Of a stretch of DNA of 64,000 bases, positions 37,274 through 46,503 are shown in pieces (positions within the stretch are counted from its first letter, which is position 1; every line of letters starts with the position of its first letter). The notes under the pieces were generated by a model. It worked only from the letters and a program-made list of their open reading frames with translations, did no database searches and was not told the origin of the DNA. Made by a program: the position numbers and the translations under genes. The DNA is from a virus, in IMG/VR virus record IMGVR_UViG_3300005253_000031, positions 1 to 64,000 of that record; one strand, given 5' to 3'.

Positions 37274-38307
37274 TACAGCGGCTCCTCTGTGAATATTGTT
37301 TCATCGATCTGACTGTCGTTGGTCTCAACCAGCATCGTAAGCTCCTCTACATCAGCCGGATTCTCCTCGAAGTGCTCCCGCAACTTAGCAGCCCCGTGAA
37401 TGGTCTTTCCCTTCCAATGGGCATATCCACCCTTTCCAACGGGTATGATGTTCAAGTCCTTGGCCAGCTCCAACAGTCCAACGAGAGTATCAATAGTCCC
37501 TGTAAACATAAACGGAAACTGGCACTCCTGCTCGGGCGGGGCCAGCTTATTCTTAATAGTACGTATATTCAAGTTATAGCCTACCTTGCGGCCGTTATCC
37601 TCTACCCAGCCCGCTCGTCGAACCTTCAAGATGTACGAGGCGTAGAACTTCTGAGCCCGACCTCCAGGTATCTCGTCCGGGCTTCCATACACTATACCCA
37701 ACTTGCTGCGTAGCTGGTTAGTACAGAGGATAAAGCTATCCCAGTTCCGGTTAGTCAGTTGCGCCAATCCTTCGCCAACCTTGCGAGCGTGCAAACCCAT
37801 GACGTCCTTTTCCTCCAAGTCATGCTCCAGTCGGTACACGGGCACCAAGGCAGCTAAACTATCTATACCTATAAAATCCATGCCGTTCGCCGCCCAGTCG
37901 CAAGCTAGATCAAACGCCTGCTCGGTACTGGTGGGCCTAACCACAAGTAGTTCCGAGGTGTTCACTCCAGTCTTCTCGAACCACTCGGCATCAAATGTCT
38001 TCTCGGGATCAATAAATCCGCAAACATAACCCTTTTGCTGAAAGGCCCTAATGGTCCATTGCATTATCAGAGTCTTCCCCATTGACGCCTCACCAATCAC
38101 CATTCCCATACGGCCTCGACGCCAGCCCCCCGCCAGTATGTCGTCCAGTCCCGGGATGTCGGTCTCAATGGTCTCCATATGAAGCTTGGGATCATCCCCC
38201 ATTAGGCCCCGCTTCGCTCCAACTCGCGCCTTTGTAATATCCATAAGCTTGGCTCGACGTTCTGAGGCAGTGTCTAAAAGCTCGGATTCATCTTTCTTTC
38301 TACTCAT
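37273..38307 (-). CDS. recA: RecA/UvsX recombinase
   Basis: GEASMGKT, FIDPEKTFD, IDSLAAL, NQLR, PGGRAQKFYAS, KNKLAPP. Confidence 0.95.
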   Translation of the reverse strand: MSRKKDESELLDTASERRAKLMDITKARVGAKRGLMGDDPKLHMETIETDIPGLDDILAGGWRRGRMGMVIGEASMGKTLIMQWTIRAFQQKGYVCGFIDPEKTFDAEWFEKTGVNTSELLVVRPTSTEQAFDLACDWAANGMDFIGIDSLAALVPVYRLEHDLEEKDVMGLHARKVGEGLAQLTNRNWDSFILCTNQLRSKLGIVYGSPDEIPGGRAQKFYASYILKVRRAGWVEDNGRKVGYNLNIRTIKNKLAPPEQECQFPFMFTGTIDTLVGLLELAKDLNIIPVGKGGYAHWKGKTIHGAAKLREHFEENPADVEELTMLVETNDSQIDETIFTEEPL

Positions 38308-40289
38308 GCAGCTATCACCTCGATTTTCCTAGGCTCAGCCCAGCTAGGCTCTCCGATAGATACCTCAACGGGCAGGAATGTACCAATCTGGCGTTCCTCC
38401 ATAATACGCTTTAACTCCGGAATCACGAACTCCTCCTCCTCGTAGGGCACCTCAAAGATTATCTCGTCGTGCACCTGGACCAACATTCGTGTCTTCAACC
38501 CATTCTCTAACAACCAGTCTCGAGCGGCCACCATACGGTTCTTAACGATGTCAGCACTGGAACCCTGTACTAAGTAGTTCACTCCAATGTAGGCTCTGTC
38601 GGGATCAATCCAATAACGACGACCAAAGCGGTTCTTTATCCATCCGCGCACTTCCACGGTTTTACACACTAAGTCAATGAAGGTGTACGCCTTCGGAAAA
38701 CGGGAGAAGTATTCCGCTTTATAGGTCTTGGCTTCCTCCAGCGTCTTCTGGATCTGAGAAGCCAGCTTTTTCATCCCGATGCCGTAGATCAATCCGAAGT
38801 TAATTGCCTTGGCCAGAGTACGATAGAAGGCCCATAAGTCACTACTCTCATCTACACTCCATACCGTCTTAGCGACGTGGCTGTGAAAGTCAAACTTCGG
38901 ATCTTCTAACAAAGCCGACAATCCCTCGTCCTTAATGTAGTCGGAGAAAACCCGCATTTCCATCTGGCTGTAGTCAATCAAGACCATCCTGCATCCCTCT
39001 CGAGGAATATACAGTCTACGAACTGAGACCAAGGCATCGTTAGCGTTATCGAACTTACTGCCTATGGCTTTTGTGCCCCCATAAGTGAGTCCACCTGCCA
39101 TGCTTCCCCCAACCTTCGTCATGTCCACGCCTTCCTTAGCTCCCATCGCCGCGGACAACGCTGCAAGCACCTCATCCGAGGTATCATTACCACTTAAGTT
39201 GGAAATGTTCTTAGCAACGTTTTGCAAGTTGGGGTCCGAACACGCTAAGCGTCCAGTAACAGTACCCCAATTCTTAAATGACGGATGCACCGCCCCGGGC
39301 CACTCTAGGATAGGCTCAAAGTAGGAGTTTAACAGCTTCTTAGTTCCCCTATACTCCAGTATCAATCCGGCGACGGGATGGTCTATAGCCATCATAGCGC
39401 CAACACCCCAGGACGGGGCCCCTGTCTTTATGGACTTAACGGTGGACTTCAATCCAAGATTTGCCATAACGTCGCCGAGTTGCTTCGAGCTACCAATGTT
39501 GAACGTAGTGTCCGTTTCGCGGTAAATATCCTGTTCAAGTTCCTTAATGCGCTCTCCCAGGGGCCCCACTTTGGACTCGGCGTATTCTTTGTCATAAGCG
39601 ATTCCCAAGGACTCCATTTCCCATAGAGTCCGCGTCAACTCCTGCTCCTGCTCCCATATGTAGACTTGATTCGTATCCTCAATCCGCTGTTCATAAATGT
39701 CAAGTAGGTCCTCAGCATACCCGCAATCATCTTCACAGTATGGCGCTATCTTGTCTATGGGAGCATAGTCAAAATGCTTGCTCCACTTGTTCTTCCTAAG
39801 ATACGCCTTAAACTCCGCGTCATACGCCGCCTTATCCTCCCCCAGAAGCATCGCAGTCTGCCCCTTCAATGACAGGTCCGAATACTTATCCTTGTTGCAC
39901 ATCCGCGCAGCCACTATTACGTCAATCAACTGGTGGTCTTCACGGGGACGAAATCCATCCTGCCACATCATGGCTAGATCAAACTTGAGGTTCCATCCTA
40001 TCAGCTTAGGTACCTTGTCGAACGCCTCCCATAGAGCTGGAAGCGTAACCAGTTCGAGGTTTTCCGCTACCAACTCATGCTCCGAGTCCTTGGCCCCGTT
40101 GCGATGTCGGTACGGAATATAGTACGACTTGAGATCTTCGCCCTCATGCCAAGCCAGTCCAATGCCGCAGAGTCGATCCTGCTTCCAGGGCTCTAGACCC
40201 GTGGTTTCCGTATCAATGACTACTCGCGGTTGTTGCGCTACTTCAACTAGAAGTTCCTGTAGCTCGACGGCGGTTTTAATAACTGCCAT
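38304..40289 (-). CDS. polA: Family A DNA polymerase with 3'-5' exonuclease
   Basis: DTETTGL, TGRLACSDPNLQN, DYSQMEMR, R..AKAINFGLIYG, QGSSAD, VHDEI. Confidence 0.97.
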   Translation of the reverse strand: MAVIKTAVELQELLVEVAQQPRVVIDTETTGLEPWKQDRLCGIGLAWHEGEDLKSYYIPYRHRNGAKDSEHELVAENLELVTLPALWEAFDKVPKLIGWNLKFDLAMMWQDGFRPREDHQLIDVIVAARMCNKDKYSDLSLKGQTAMLLGEDKAAYDAEFKAYLRKNKWSKHFDYAPIDKIAPYCEDDCGYAEDLLDIYEQRIEDTNQVYIWEQEQELTRTLWEMESLGIAYDKEYAESKVGPLGERIKELEQDIYRETDTTFNIGSSKQLGDVMANLGLKSTVKSIKTGAPSWGVGAMMAIDHPVAGLILEYRGTKKLLNSYFEPILEWPGAVHPSFKNWGTVTGRLACSDPNLQNVAKNISNLSGNDTSDEVLAALSAAMGAKEGVDMTKVGGSMAGGLTYGGTKAIGSKFDNANDALVSVRRLYIPREGCRMVLIDYSQMEMRVFSDYIKDEGLSALLEDPKFDFHSHVAKTVWSVDESSDLWAFYRTLAKAINFGLIYGIGMKKLASQIQKTLEEAKTYKAEYFSRFPKAYTFIDLVCKTVEVRGWIKNRFGRRYWIDPDRAYIGVNYLVQGSSADIVKNRMVAARDWLLENGLKTRMLVQVHDEIIFEVPYEEEEFVIPELKRIMEERQIGTFLPVEVSIGEPSWAEPRKIEVIAA

Positions 40290-40695
40290 ATACTTTATCC
40301 CTTATCTCCGCGATACTGTCGTTTATATGCTGTTCAGTATTAACTATGTGAATCTGTTGTATGGCGGTATAACGGGTAAAATACTGGCCAAATAGATAAT
40401 CTGCCCGGGACAAATCCTCCACATTATCATCATCCTTAAGTCTACAACGCTCCAACGCTGTCTCCGAACTACATCTCAACCAGACAACGTGGACGTCGTG
40501 CTCAACCATAATGGCCCTATTCATTACCTCATAGTCCACGTTCGTTCTGCTGTACAGTTGATTGTAGACCCAACAGGACGGGGTAAATCTCGCCACAGAT
40601 AAGTCCGCATAGTTGGATAGCTTTCCCACTGGATGCAGCAAAGCGGTTTTCCCTGCTCCCGAGATGCCCTCCAAGATAATGAACTTAGGCTTCAT
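40276..40695 (-). CDS. Small P-loop (dNMP/thymidylate-like) kinase
   Basis: IILEGISGAGKT, ARF..S.WVY. Confidence 0.75.
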   Translation of the reverse strand: MKPKFIILEGISGAGKTALLHPVGKLSNYADLSVARFTPSCWVYNQLYSRTNVDYEVMNRAIMVEHDVHVVWLRCSSETALERCRLKDDDNVEDLSRADYLFGQYFTRYTAIQQIHIVNTEQHINDSIAEIRDKVYGSY

Positions 40696-41603
40696 AGGTT
40701 AACTCCTACGTTCCCACGGAATTTGTAATACTCCGTCAACGTAATGCGATCCCGTGCTTCCCACTCCGGATAAAAGCGCAGTAACTTCCTGTAGTCATGC
40801 CGCTGGTTTTGCTTGTAGTCTACGTCGAGGAGAAACCTCAGGCGACCATCAACAGCGATTATCTCATCTCGAGAAACGTCTATGAAGCGTTGATTGTGCA
40901 TGGCCCCAACGGTAATCCGGGAGCCCCAGGCAGGCTTCTCAATGATACGCTGCATCAGCCACACAAAGTCCGAGATATGCGTGTAGTCCTTAATCCACTG
41001 GGGATCAATCCGCGCCTCACAACTGGGAAAATCCCTGTCATTCAGCAACTTAACCAGCAAGTCGGGAATTGACTCCGAGCGGTTAGCTGCAAACGTTCCA
41101 ATGTTTCCGTAGAGGAACACGGGCTCAATGGTCATGTACTTTCCAACACACTGCGCCTCCAGTAAATGCAGTTGTAGCATTTTAGTTATCCCGTAGGTTG
41201 TCTTAGGAGCCATCAGCGAATACTCGTCAATAGGCTTTGTACTTACATCCGAGTGATAGTACGCCGTTGTCCCAAAGTGAATGAGGGGCGTCTGCGACTC
41301 GTTAGCCACCTTAATCACATTTCTCATCCCGGTGACGTTACTGCGGATGGCGCTCTCTACGTCCTGGTCCACGTAGTCGGAGCCCTTGCGTGCCGCCAAG
41401 TGAATGATCAAGTCGGGAGAGGTCTCAAACACAGTTTCAGATAGTTCCTCATAGTCAGCCACATCTACCGTAGCTCCGTTGTCGTACTCGCTCTGCCACC
41501 CCCCCGTATTAAACTCAGGGACTATGTCATATCCGACCCCTCTGAGATACCTACTCAGGTTCGTGCCAATAAAGCCGTGAATCCCTGTAATGAAGATCTT
41601 CAT
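40692..41603 (-). CDS. NAD-dependent NDP-sugar epimerase/dehydratase (extended SDR)
   Basis: ITGIHGFIG, IIHLAA, NVTG, YGITK, LYG, DYTHISD. Confidence 0.9.
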   Translation of the reverse strand: MKIFITGIHGFIGTNLSRYLRGVGYDIVPEFNTGGWQSEYDNGATVDVADYEELSETVFETSPDLIIHLAARKGSDYVDQDVESAIRSNVTGMRNVIKVANESQTPLIHFGTTAYYHSDVSTKPIDEYSLMAPKTTYGITKMLQLHLLEAQCVGKYMTIEPVFLYGNIGTFAANRSESIPDLLVKLLNDRDFPSCEARIDPQWIKDYTHISDFVWLMQRIIEKPAWGSRITVGAMHNQRFIDVSRDEIIAVDGRLRFLLDVDYKQNQRHDYRKLLRFYPEWEARDRITLTEYYKFRGNVGVNL

Positions 41604-41623
41604 GTTCCCTCCGTATGTATACA

Positions 41624-42043
41624 TTATATCGTCAAATACAGATGCCACGACCCAATTGTGGCCTCCAAGCAGTCCGCGCCATATCTCGCTGCTATCCTCC
41701 CCAGGAACCCAATGTCGCTGGGAAACCGCTTGAGATCTGATGAGCGGATATAGGCCAGCATTGTGGTTTGCGACGGGCGAACCAGTAGCTGCATCATCGT
41801 GATGCAATCATGCGGGGAACTCCATGCCATATAGGCTTTGCGCGTTCCAGTTCCCCCATAAGACGTCTCTCGAAATACAGCGTCTCGGAACTGCTTTTCC
41901 TTCCGGTCGTAATACTCCGTCTCATCGTCTAAAACCGTATTTAGAGCAACACGTTCTATCTCTGACTTGTTCAGTGTTATGACGTTGTTTCCAACGTGCT
42001 CTAGTACCAGTTTATCGGCGGAATCCCACTCTACTGACCACAT
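41624..42043 (-). CDS. Truncated thymidylate-synthase-fold protein (Asp-type, dCMP-modifying-like)
   Basis: TRKA...HDCITMMQLLVR...YIRSSD...FPSD...IGSWHLY. Confidence 0.7.
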   Translation of the reverse strand: MWSVEWDSADKLVLEHVGNNVITLNKSEIERVALNTVLDDETEYYDRKEKQFRDAVFRETSYGGTGTRKAYMAWSSPHDCITMMQLLVRPSQTTMLAYIRSSDLKRFPSDIGFLGRIAARYGADCLEATIGSWHLYLTI

Positions 42044-43012
42044 CTAGTCCTCCAGGAAGTAGGCTCGATCGCTCGAGTCCAACTGGGCCAACGTTATCTC
42101 GGGGTCCGGCATCTCTTCGTTGCCCCGGGGAATGTGCATACCCAACTGGCCCATGATGGTCTCGCGATCCGTACAGGCTGTGTTAAACGTGTACTTGTCT
42201 CCAGTCTGCTCGCAGGGCCAACGTCCGGAACACTGGAACAAGTTGTGAAACGACTCCCCTATTTGATCCCCATGCTCCAAACAGCGTCGAGCATGGTCGC
42301 TTGCCGGGCGCAGGTATGACGCCAACAGTGGGAAGCGAATCCTAATCTCACGCCTCATTAGCCATGCCGTGGCCACCGTATCTGCTTGCTCCGAAAACAT
42401 GAGACGCTTGGACATGAAGTTCTGTAACGCCATGTAGTTGATGCCCATACTCCAGCGATGGCATGCGCTTATGGGCAGTACAGCCCGTGCATCCTGCCAG
42501 TTGGACTGGCCCGTCGCCAGCTCATCGACGTAGGCATCCTTAGCTACCTTACACGCCTGCATGAAACGTATGAGTCGATCCCCGTCCTGGTAAATGCTCT
42601 CCGGAACGCGGAACCCTATATTGCTGTGGTTGTTGTCCCGCCAGCCCATGGATCCAAACACCGCCCCAATCCTAGCGCGTGCAATCTGATCAAAGGCGCT
42701 GCGCGACGGCCCCGCTATCTCAAATGTAAAGCTGGGAGCTTCCATAGCGTTAGGCAGAGACTTACGATTTAACACCGCCTTAACCACAAACAGCCTTGCC
42801 TCCGGCTCTGCTTCAGCCCACTTGTAGGTTTGGTACACTCCACCCCATGTAGACGTTGCAATGGTAAACATAGCCTTGTAAGGATTAGCCGGCCAGTCAA
42901 TCAACCGGACGTCTATGTCCTCGACCCCCCGATGAAACTCGGTATCCGTATCGGGGGCCTCTTGGGGCATGGTCTTAATCCACTCTCGTAACGCCCTGTC
43001 TTCCTCATTCAT
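42044..43012 (-). CDS. Divergent ThyX-fold flavoprotein
   Basis: FTFEIAGPSRSAFDQIAR, QDARAVLP, F..KRL; signature RHR..S.R altered to RAR..G.R. Confidence 0.75.
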   Translation of the reverse strand: MNEEDRALREWIKTMPQEAPDTDTEFHRGVEDIDVRLIDWPANPYKAMFTIATSTWGGVYQTYKWAEAEPEARLFVVKAVLNRKSLPNAMEAPSFTFEIAGPSRSAFDQIARARIGAVFGSMGWRDNNHSNIGFRVPESIYQDGDRLIRFMQACKVAKDAYVDELATGQSNWQDARAVLPISACHRWSMGINYMALQNFMSKRLMFSEQADTVATAWLMRREIRIRFPLLASYLRPASDHARRCLEHGDQIGESFHNLFQCSGRWPCEQTGDKYTFNTACTDRETIMGQLGMHIPRGNEEMPDPEITLAQLDSSDRAYFLED

Positions 43013-43142
43013 AGAACGTTTCTCCCTTCTCGGCCCTCTTAAACTGCTTACAGTCGCACTCTTTGCACTCTCCGGAGTATTCAACGTGAGTTCGACGTCT
43101 CTCCCCGCAGGTGCATATGTGATATCGTCCTCGTCTACTCAT
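43005..43142 (-). CDS. Small Cys/His-rich protein
   Basis: MSRRGRYHICTCG..H...CKECDCKQF. Confidence 0.55.
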   Translation of the reverse strand: MSRRGRYHICTCGERRRTHVEYSGECKECDCKQFKRAEKGETFYE

Positions 43143-43155
43143 TGAGACTTCTCTC

Positions 43156-43497
43156 CTATATACTGAAGGATGTTCCGCATCCACACATAGTTTTCGCATT
43201 GGGATTGTTGAAAATGAAACCCCTACCGTTTAAGCCCTCAGAATACTCTAGCGTAGTACCCGCCAAAAAGACATAGGACTTCTTATCAATGTATAAATTA
43301 ACACTATGTCCCCGTATAACCTTGTCATCTGGGAGCGGAATCTCAGCGAGTTCAAGAACATACGTGAGACCAGCACATCCACCACCCTTGACTCCAACTC
43401 GTAGATGGGCGTTGGGTTTTCCCTCCACCTCTCTAAACTGTTGAACACGGGCACTTGCCTCTTCGCTAATTGTAATCGTTAAAGGCTCAGGCATCAT
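43156..43497 (-). CDS. iscA: A-type Fe-S cluster carrier (IscA/ErpA/HesB)
   Basis: LRVGVKGGGCAGLTY, F.FNNPNA..MCGCGTSF. Confidence 0.95.
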   Translation of the reverse strand: MMPEPLTITISEEASARVQQFREVEGKPNAHLRVGVKGGGCAGLTYVLELAEIPLPDDKVIRGHSVNLYIDKKSYVFLAGTTLEYSEGLNGRGFIFNNPNAKTMCGCGTSFSI

Positions 43498-44483
43498 ACT
43501 GCTCCTATAGGTGAATCGTTGGGTCCCGTCGCATATCGCGTGTCGTCCCACTTCTTCAGTTTCTCATGACGTTCCCTAATATACGCAGTCACCTCACGGA
43601 GGTCTGTCTCCTGGGTAACGTAGAAGGCTGCTATACCCTGACTGCGAAAATCCGAGACGATTCCCTCATTGTCGTCAATCACCACGTCAACCTTGGGCAG
43701 TATGTCCTTTAGATACACGAGCTTATCCGCCACGTCGACACAGTGTAGGTAATCGTACTCCAGGTTGTTAATCTCGAGCCAGACCATGGTATCGTAAAAC
43801 AGAGATGGATAGGTTTTCACCGGGCGGTTGGTAGCTATCACCACGAAGTAGTCTAGCTTCTGCAAAGTAAACAGTAGGTCCTTGGCATACGCCCGTACCC
43901 CCAAACGTCTCTTAGCCCCAGAGCGTCTGTATTCGTCTTTCCACTCTCCCCAAACCAGGGGCCTCTCTTGTTTAGCCGCAAGTATCTTGCGTATGTCCTC
44001 GTCCGGATATTCCTTCAACACCCACTCTCGGAAACAGTTGGGATACGTGTTCAGTACCCCGTCAATATCTACAACCGCAACTTTGGTAGCAGCTAGCAGT
44101 TGGTCGTGTACCTCCCCCTTCTCCTGTTTCCATCGAAAGTCAACTACCTTGGACTTCTCGACAAAAGCATTGTGTAGCTCTCCCTTTGAGATGCTCCACT
44201 GCTGCATCCAACCCCAGAGAAACTTCTGTAGGTCTACGAACTCCTCCATCATGGCGGCTCGATTGAACCCCGTCTTGGCCACACGGTGACGCTTCCAGTT
44301 GAACGTATTGAGAACCTCCGGAATCTCGCCCACTATTTGAAGCGCATACTCCTTGGACTCCTCTACACGTTCAGAGTCTTCCAACAAAGCAAGAGACTTC
44401 CCGTTAAAGTGCATACACACCATCTCGGCGAACTTTTGCTGTAGGTCCCACAGATCATTTAGATTTTCACTCACAGCAACCAC
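43494..44483 (-). CDS. Dimeric all-alpha dUTPase/dCTPase fused to HAD phosphatase
   Basis: GEIPEVL..NWK.H, EEFVDLQKF, K..V..R; VDIDGVL, ATNR, IDD. Confidence 0.8.
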   Translation of the reverse strand: MVAVSENLNDLWDLQQKFAEMVCMHFNGKSLALLEDSERVEESKEYALQIVGEIPEVLNTFNWKRHRVAKTGFNRAAMMEEFVDLQKFLWGWMQQWSISKGELHNAFVEKSKVVDFRWKQEKGEVHDQLLAATKVAVVDIDGVLNTYPNCFREWVLKEYPDEDIRKILAAKQERPLVWGEWKDEYRRSGAKRRLGVRAYAKDLLFTLQKLDYFVVIATNRPVKTYPSLFYDTMVWLEINNLEYDYLHCVDVADKLVYLKDILPKVDVVIDDNEGIVSDFRSQGIAAFYVTQETDLREVTAYIRERHEKLKKWDDTRYATGPNDSPIGAV

Positions 44484-45250
44484 TCCAATACTCGATCATA
44501 TACCATATGCGTCAAAATAGTTTTATCCCAAGCCCCGTATCGACCGGTAAACAGGAGACGCTCACTGTGTGCTGGTATGTTCCGACGACCCACCACTTTG
44601 GTAACCTCGAAGTAGTTATACTCAGGTCGCCGAACGGGAATATAGCCTGCCCTATACTCCATAGTAAATGTGCCCCAGATTGCCGAGCACCTGTACCAGT
44701 CACAATGCTCGTTTATGTTATACAAAATCCAGGCCTCGCCGTCAGGGGCTTTACCGCCCCTAATCCAAAGCGTAGCGGACTCGTAGTCCAATCCGGAGTA
44801 GAGGTGATGTAATGGAATGGTTGATATCACCCTATCGTACTCCCGCAGTAACTCCCCTATGTCGTGTAAATCCTCTATAGCTTTAGTCTGTACTTGCTTC
44901 CCGTACAAATCCCAAAGCATGTTGATGGCTGTTCCTGCATTGTATCCCTGTATCTCCGGAACCTGCCTGGGCCCCAGCACACTGTTCTTTACCGACGGGA
45001 TGCCATACACCTTTTGGCCATAAGCCAACGCCACATTCCTACTCAACATGCCCTCAGCACCCAACAGCCGTTGCTGAATTGACGTAGGCGTTAATGGAAG
45101 GTTGCACGAGGCGTGTAGAAAAAACACTCCCGCGTTACGCTTACTCTTGTTAGGGTCGGCATCAAAGATATCTACGTAATTCCCACACTCCGACGCTGCG
45201 TGTGCTGCCATCATCCCAGACGGGCCTGCACCCAGTATGGCTATCCGCAT
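44471..45250 (-). CDS. FAD-dependent oxidoreductase (UDP-galactopyranose-mutase-like)
   Basis: IAILGAGPSG, YD.VISTIPL, W.R, FTGRYGAW. Confidence 0.75.
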   Translation of the reverse strand: MRIAILGAGPSGMMAAHAASECGNYVDIFDADPNKSKRNAGVFFLHASCNLPLTPTSIQQRLLGAEGMLSRNVALAYGQKVYGIPSVKNSVLGPRQVPEIQGYNAGTAINMLWDLYGKQVQTKAIEDLHDIGELLREYDRVISTIPLHHLYSGLDYESATLWIRGGKAPDGEAWILYNINEHCDWYRCSAIWGTFTMEYRAGYIPVRRPEYNYFEVTKVVGRRNIPAHSERLLFTGRYGAWDKTILTHMVYDRVLEWLL

Positions 45251-46140
45251 ATCTCAACCGCCTTCCTCAGATTTTCCGCGTAACCCAATACGTCATTCGC
45301 GTGAAACCGTCGCATGTATTGAGGGTGCCATACCCCCGCGCTCCTAACGTCATAAGCTGCGAGAGCCGCCATAGCCTTTCCTCCTAAAGCCACTACTTTC
45401 GGATATCCTAATGCCGCCCACTTATCGTATAGCGGGTAAGGAACACCATCGTCGTCATAGGCGTTGCTCACGTGCACTCTATCCCAATTGAACCCCGCCA
45501 CCTTAAACGCCTTAAATAGGTGCTTGCCGCAACCCCCAGAAAGCGTGGTGTTCGGCAGGAAATTCTTGTCCTTGAGGTTGTGCTGCTCTCCCACAAACCA
45601 CACCTCCGGCATTACGGTTCCCATGCCATCATCAGTAATAGTCACCGGCTCATACGTAATAAAGTTACGAATTCTGTCTACCATCACGTTAAGATCTGCG
45701 CTCCTCACTAGGGTCTTAGTCAAATGAGAAAACTCAAAACCATAACGCAGAAACTGGCTAACGCCCCTCCAATCCACCACACCTCGATACCTCTCCTGAA
45801 AACGGTCGAGCGTATGTTGATTATGGCCATCTAACAGGAACAGGTAGGCGTCATGAGCTCGTAGCCAACCCTCTAACACCCAAATCTCGAACTGAGTAAG
45901 TCCTTCCTCACCGCGAACCAACGGGCCATAGGCCAACTCGCTCAAGTGTAAGCGGTCTACAACTACGTTCATATCTGGAAAATCTACGAGAGCCTGTTGC
46001 ATCTGAGACAGCCACTCAAATAGACGGTTTTTAGCGATGTGCGGAAAGTGCAGAGACCTCCCGCCGTCCAGTTCTACCAACCGCTGGGCGATGGTGGACT
46101 TACCAATCCCGTCGATACCTTCAAGGATGATTATCGCCAT
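45241..46140 (-). CDS. dNMP kinase fused to UDG-like domain
   Basis: IILEGIDGIGKST, VDRLHLSELAYG; VWFVGEQ, VSNA, VVALGGKA, HPQY. Confidence 0.75.
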   Translation of the reverse strand: MAIIILEGIDGIGKSTIAQRLVELDGGRSLHFPHIAKNRLFEWLSQMQQALVDFPDMNVVVDRLHLSELAYGPLVRGEEGLTQFEIWVLEGWLRAHDAYLFLLDGHNQHTLDRFQERYRGVVDWRGVSQFLRYGFEFSHLTKTLVRSADLNVMVDRIRNFITYEPVTITDDGMGTVMPEVWFVGEQHNLKDKNFLPNTTLSGGCGKHLFKAFKVAGFNWDRVHVSNAYDDDGVPYPLYDKWAALGYPKVVALGGKAMAALAAYDVRSAGVWHPQYMRRFHANDVLGYAENLRKAVEICG

Positions 46141-46490
46141 TACTTGCCCTCCGTTTTAGGCTTCTCGTCTACGTGGAACTTACTTAACTCCGAAACCTTC
46201 GTAACGATTTTAGGCACTATAGACTCCATGGTTCCAAGCCGCTTCTTCACATCCTCGAAGTGGTTTTTGATGGTCTCGGGGTTACTGTCCGGGTCAATTA
46301 GCATAGCTTCAACCTGCTCCAACATGCCATCGTTTAACTTACGGGTCACCTTAATCCAGGTCTCCAGCGCCTCAGACGTCTGGGCTTCAATGTCCTGCTC
46401 AGTGTCCAGCTCTAGAACGTCTAGTCCCACCTTCAACCATGCACCCGTCTCCGTAGGAATGGACGAGTGCAACGTAACGTTTATCTTCAT
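46140..46490 (-). CDS. Hypothetical protein
   Basis: ORF between SSB and kinase. Confidence 0.6.
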   Translation of the reverse strand: MKINVTLHSSIPTETGAWLKVGLDVLELDTEQDIEAQTSEALETWIKVTRKLNDGMLEQVEAMLIDPDSNPETIKNHFEDVKKRLGTMESIVPKIVTKVSELSKFHVDEKPKTEGK

Positions 46491-46503
46491 TATTGCGCCT
46501 CAC

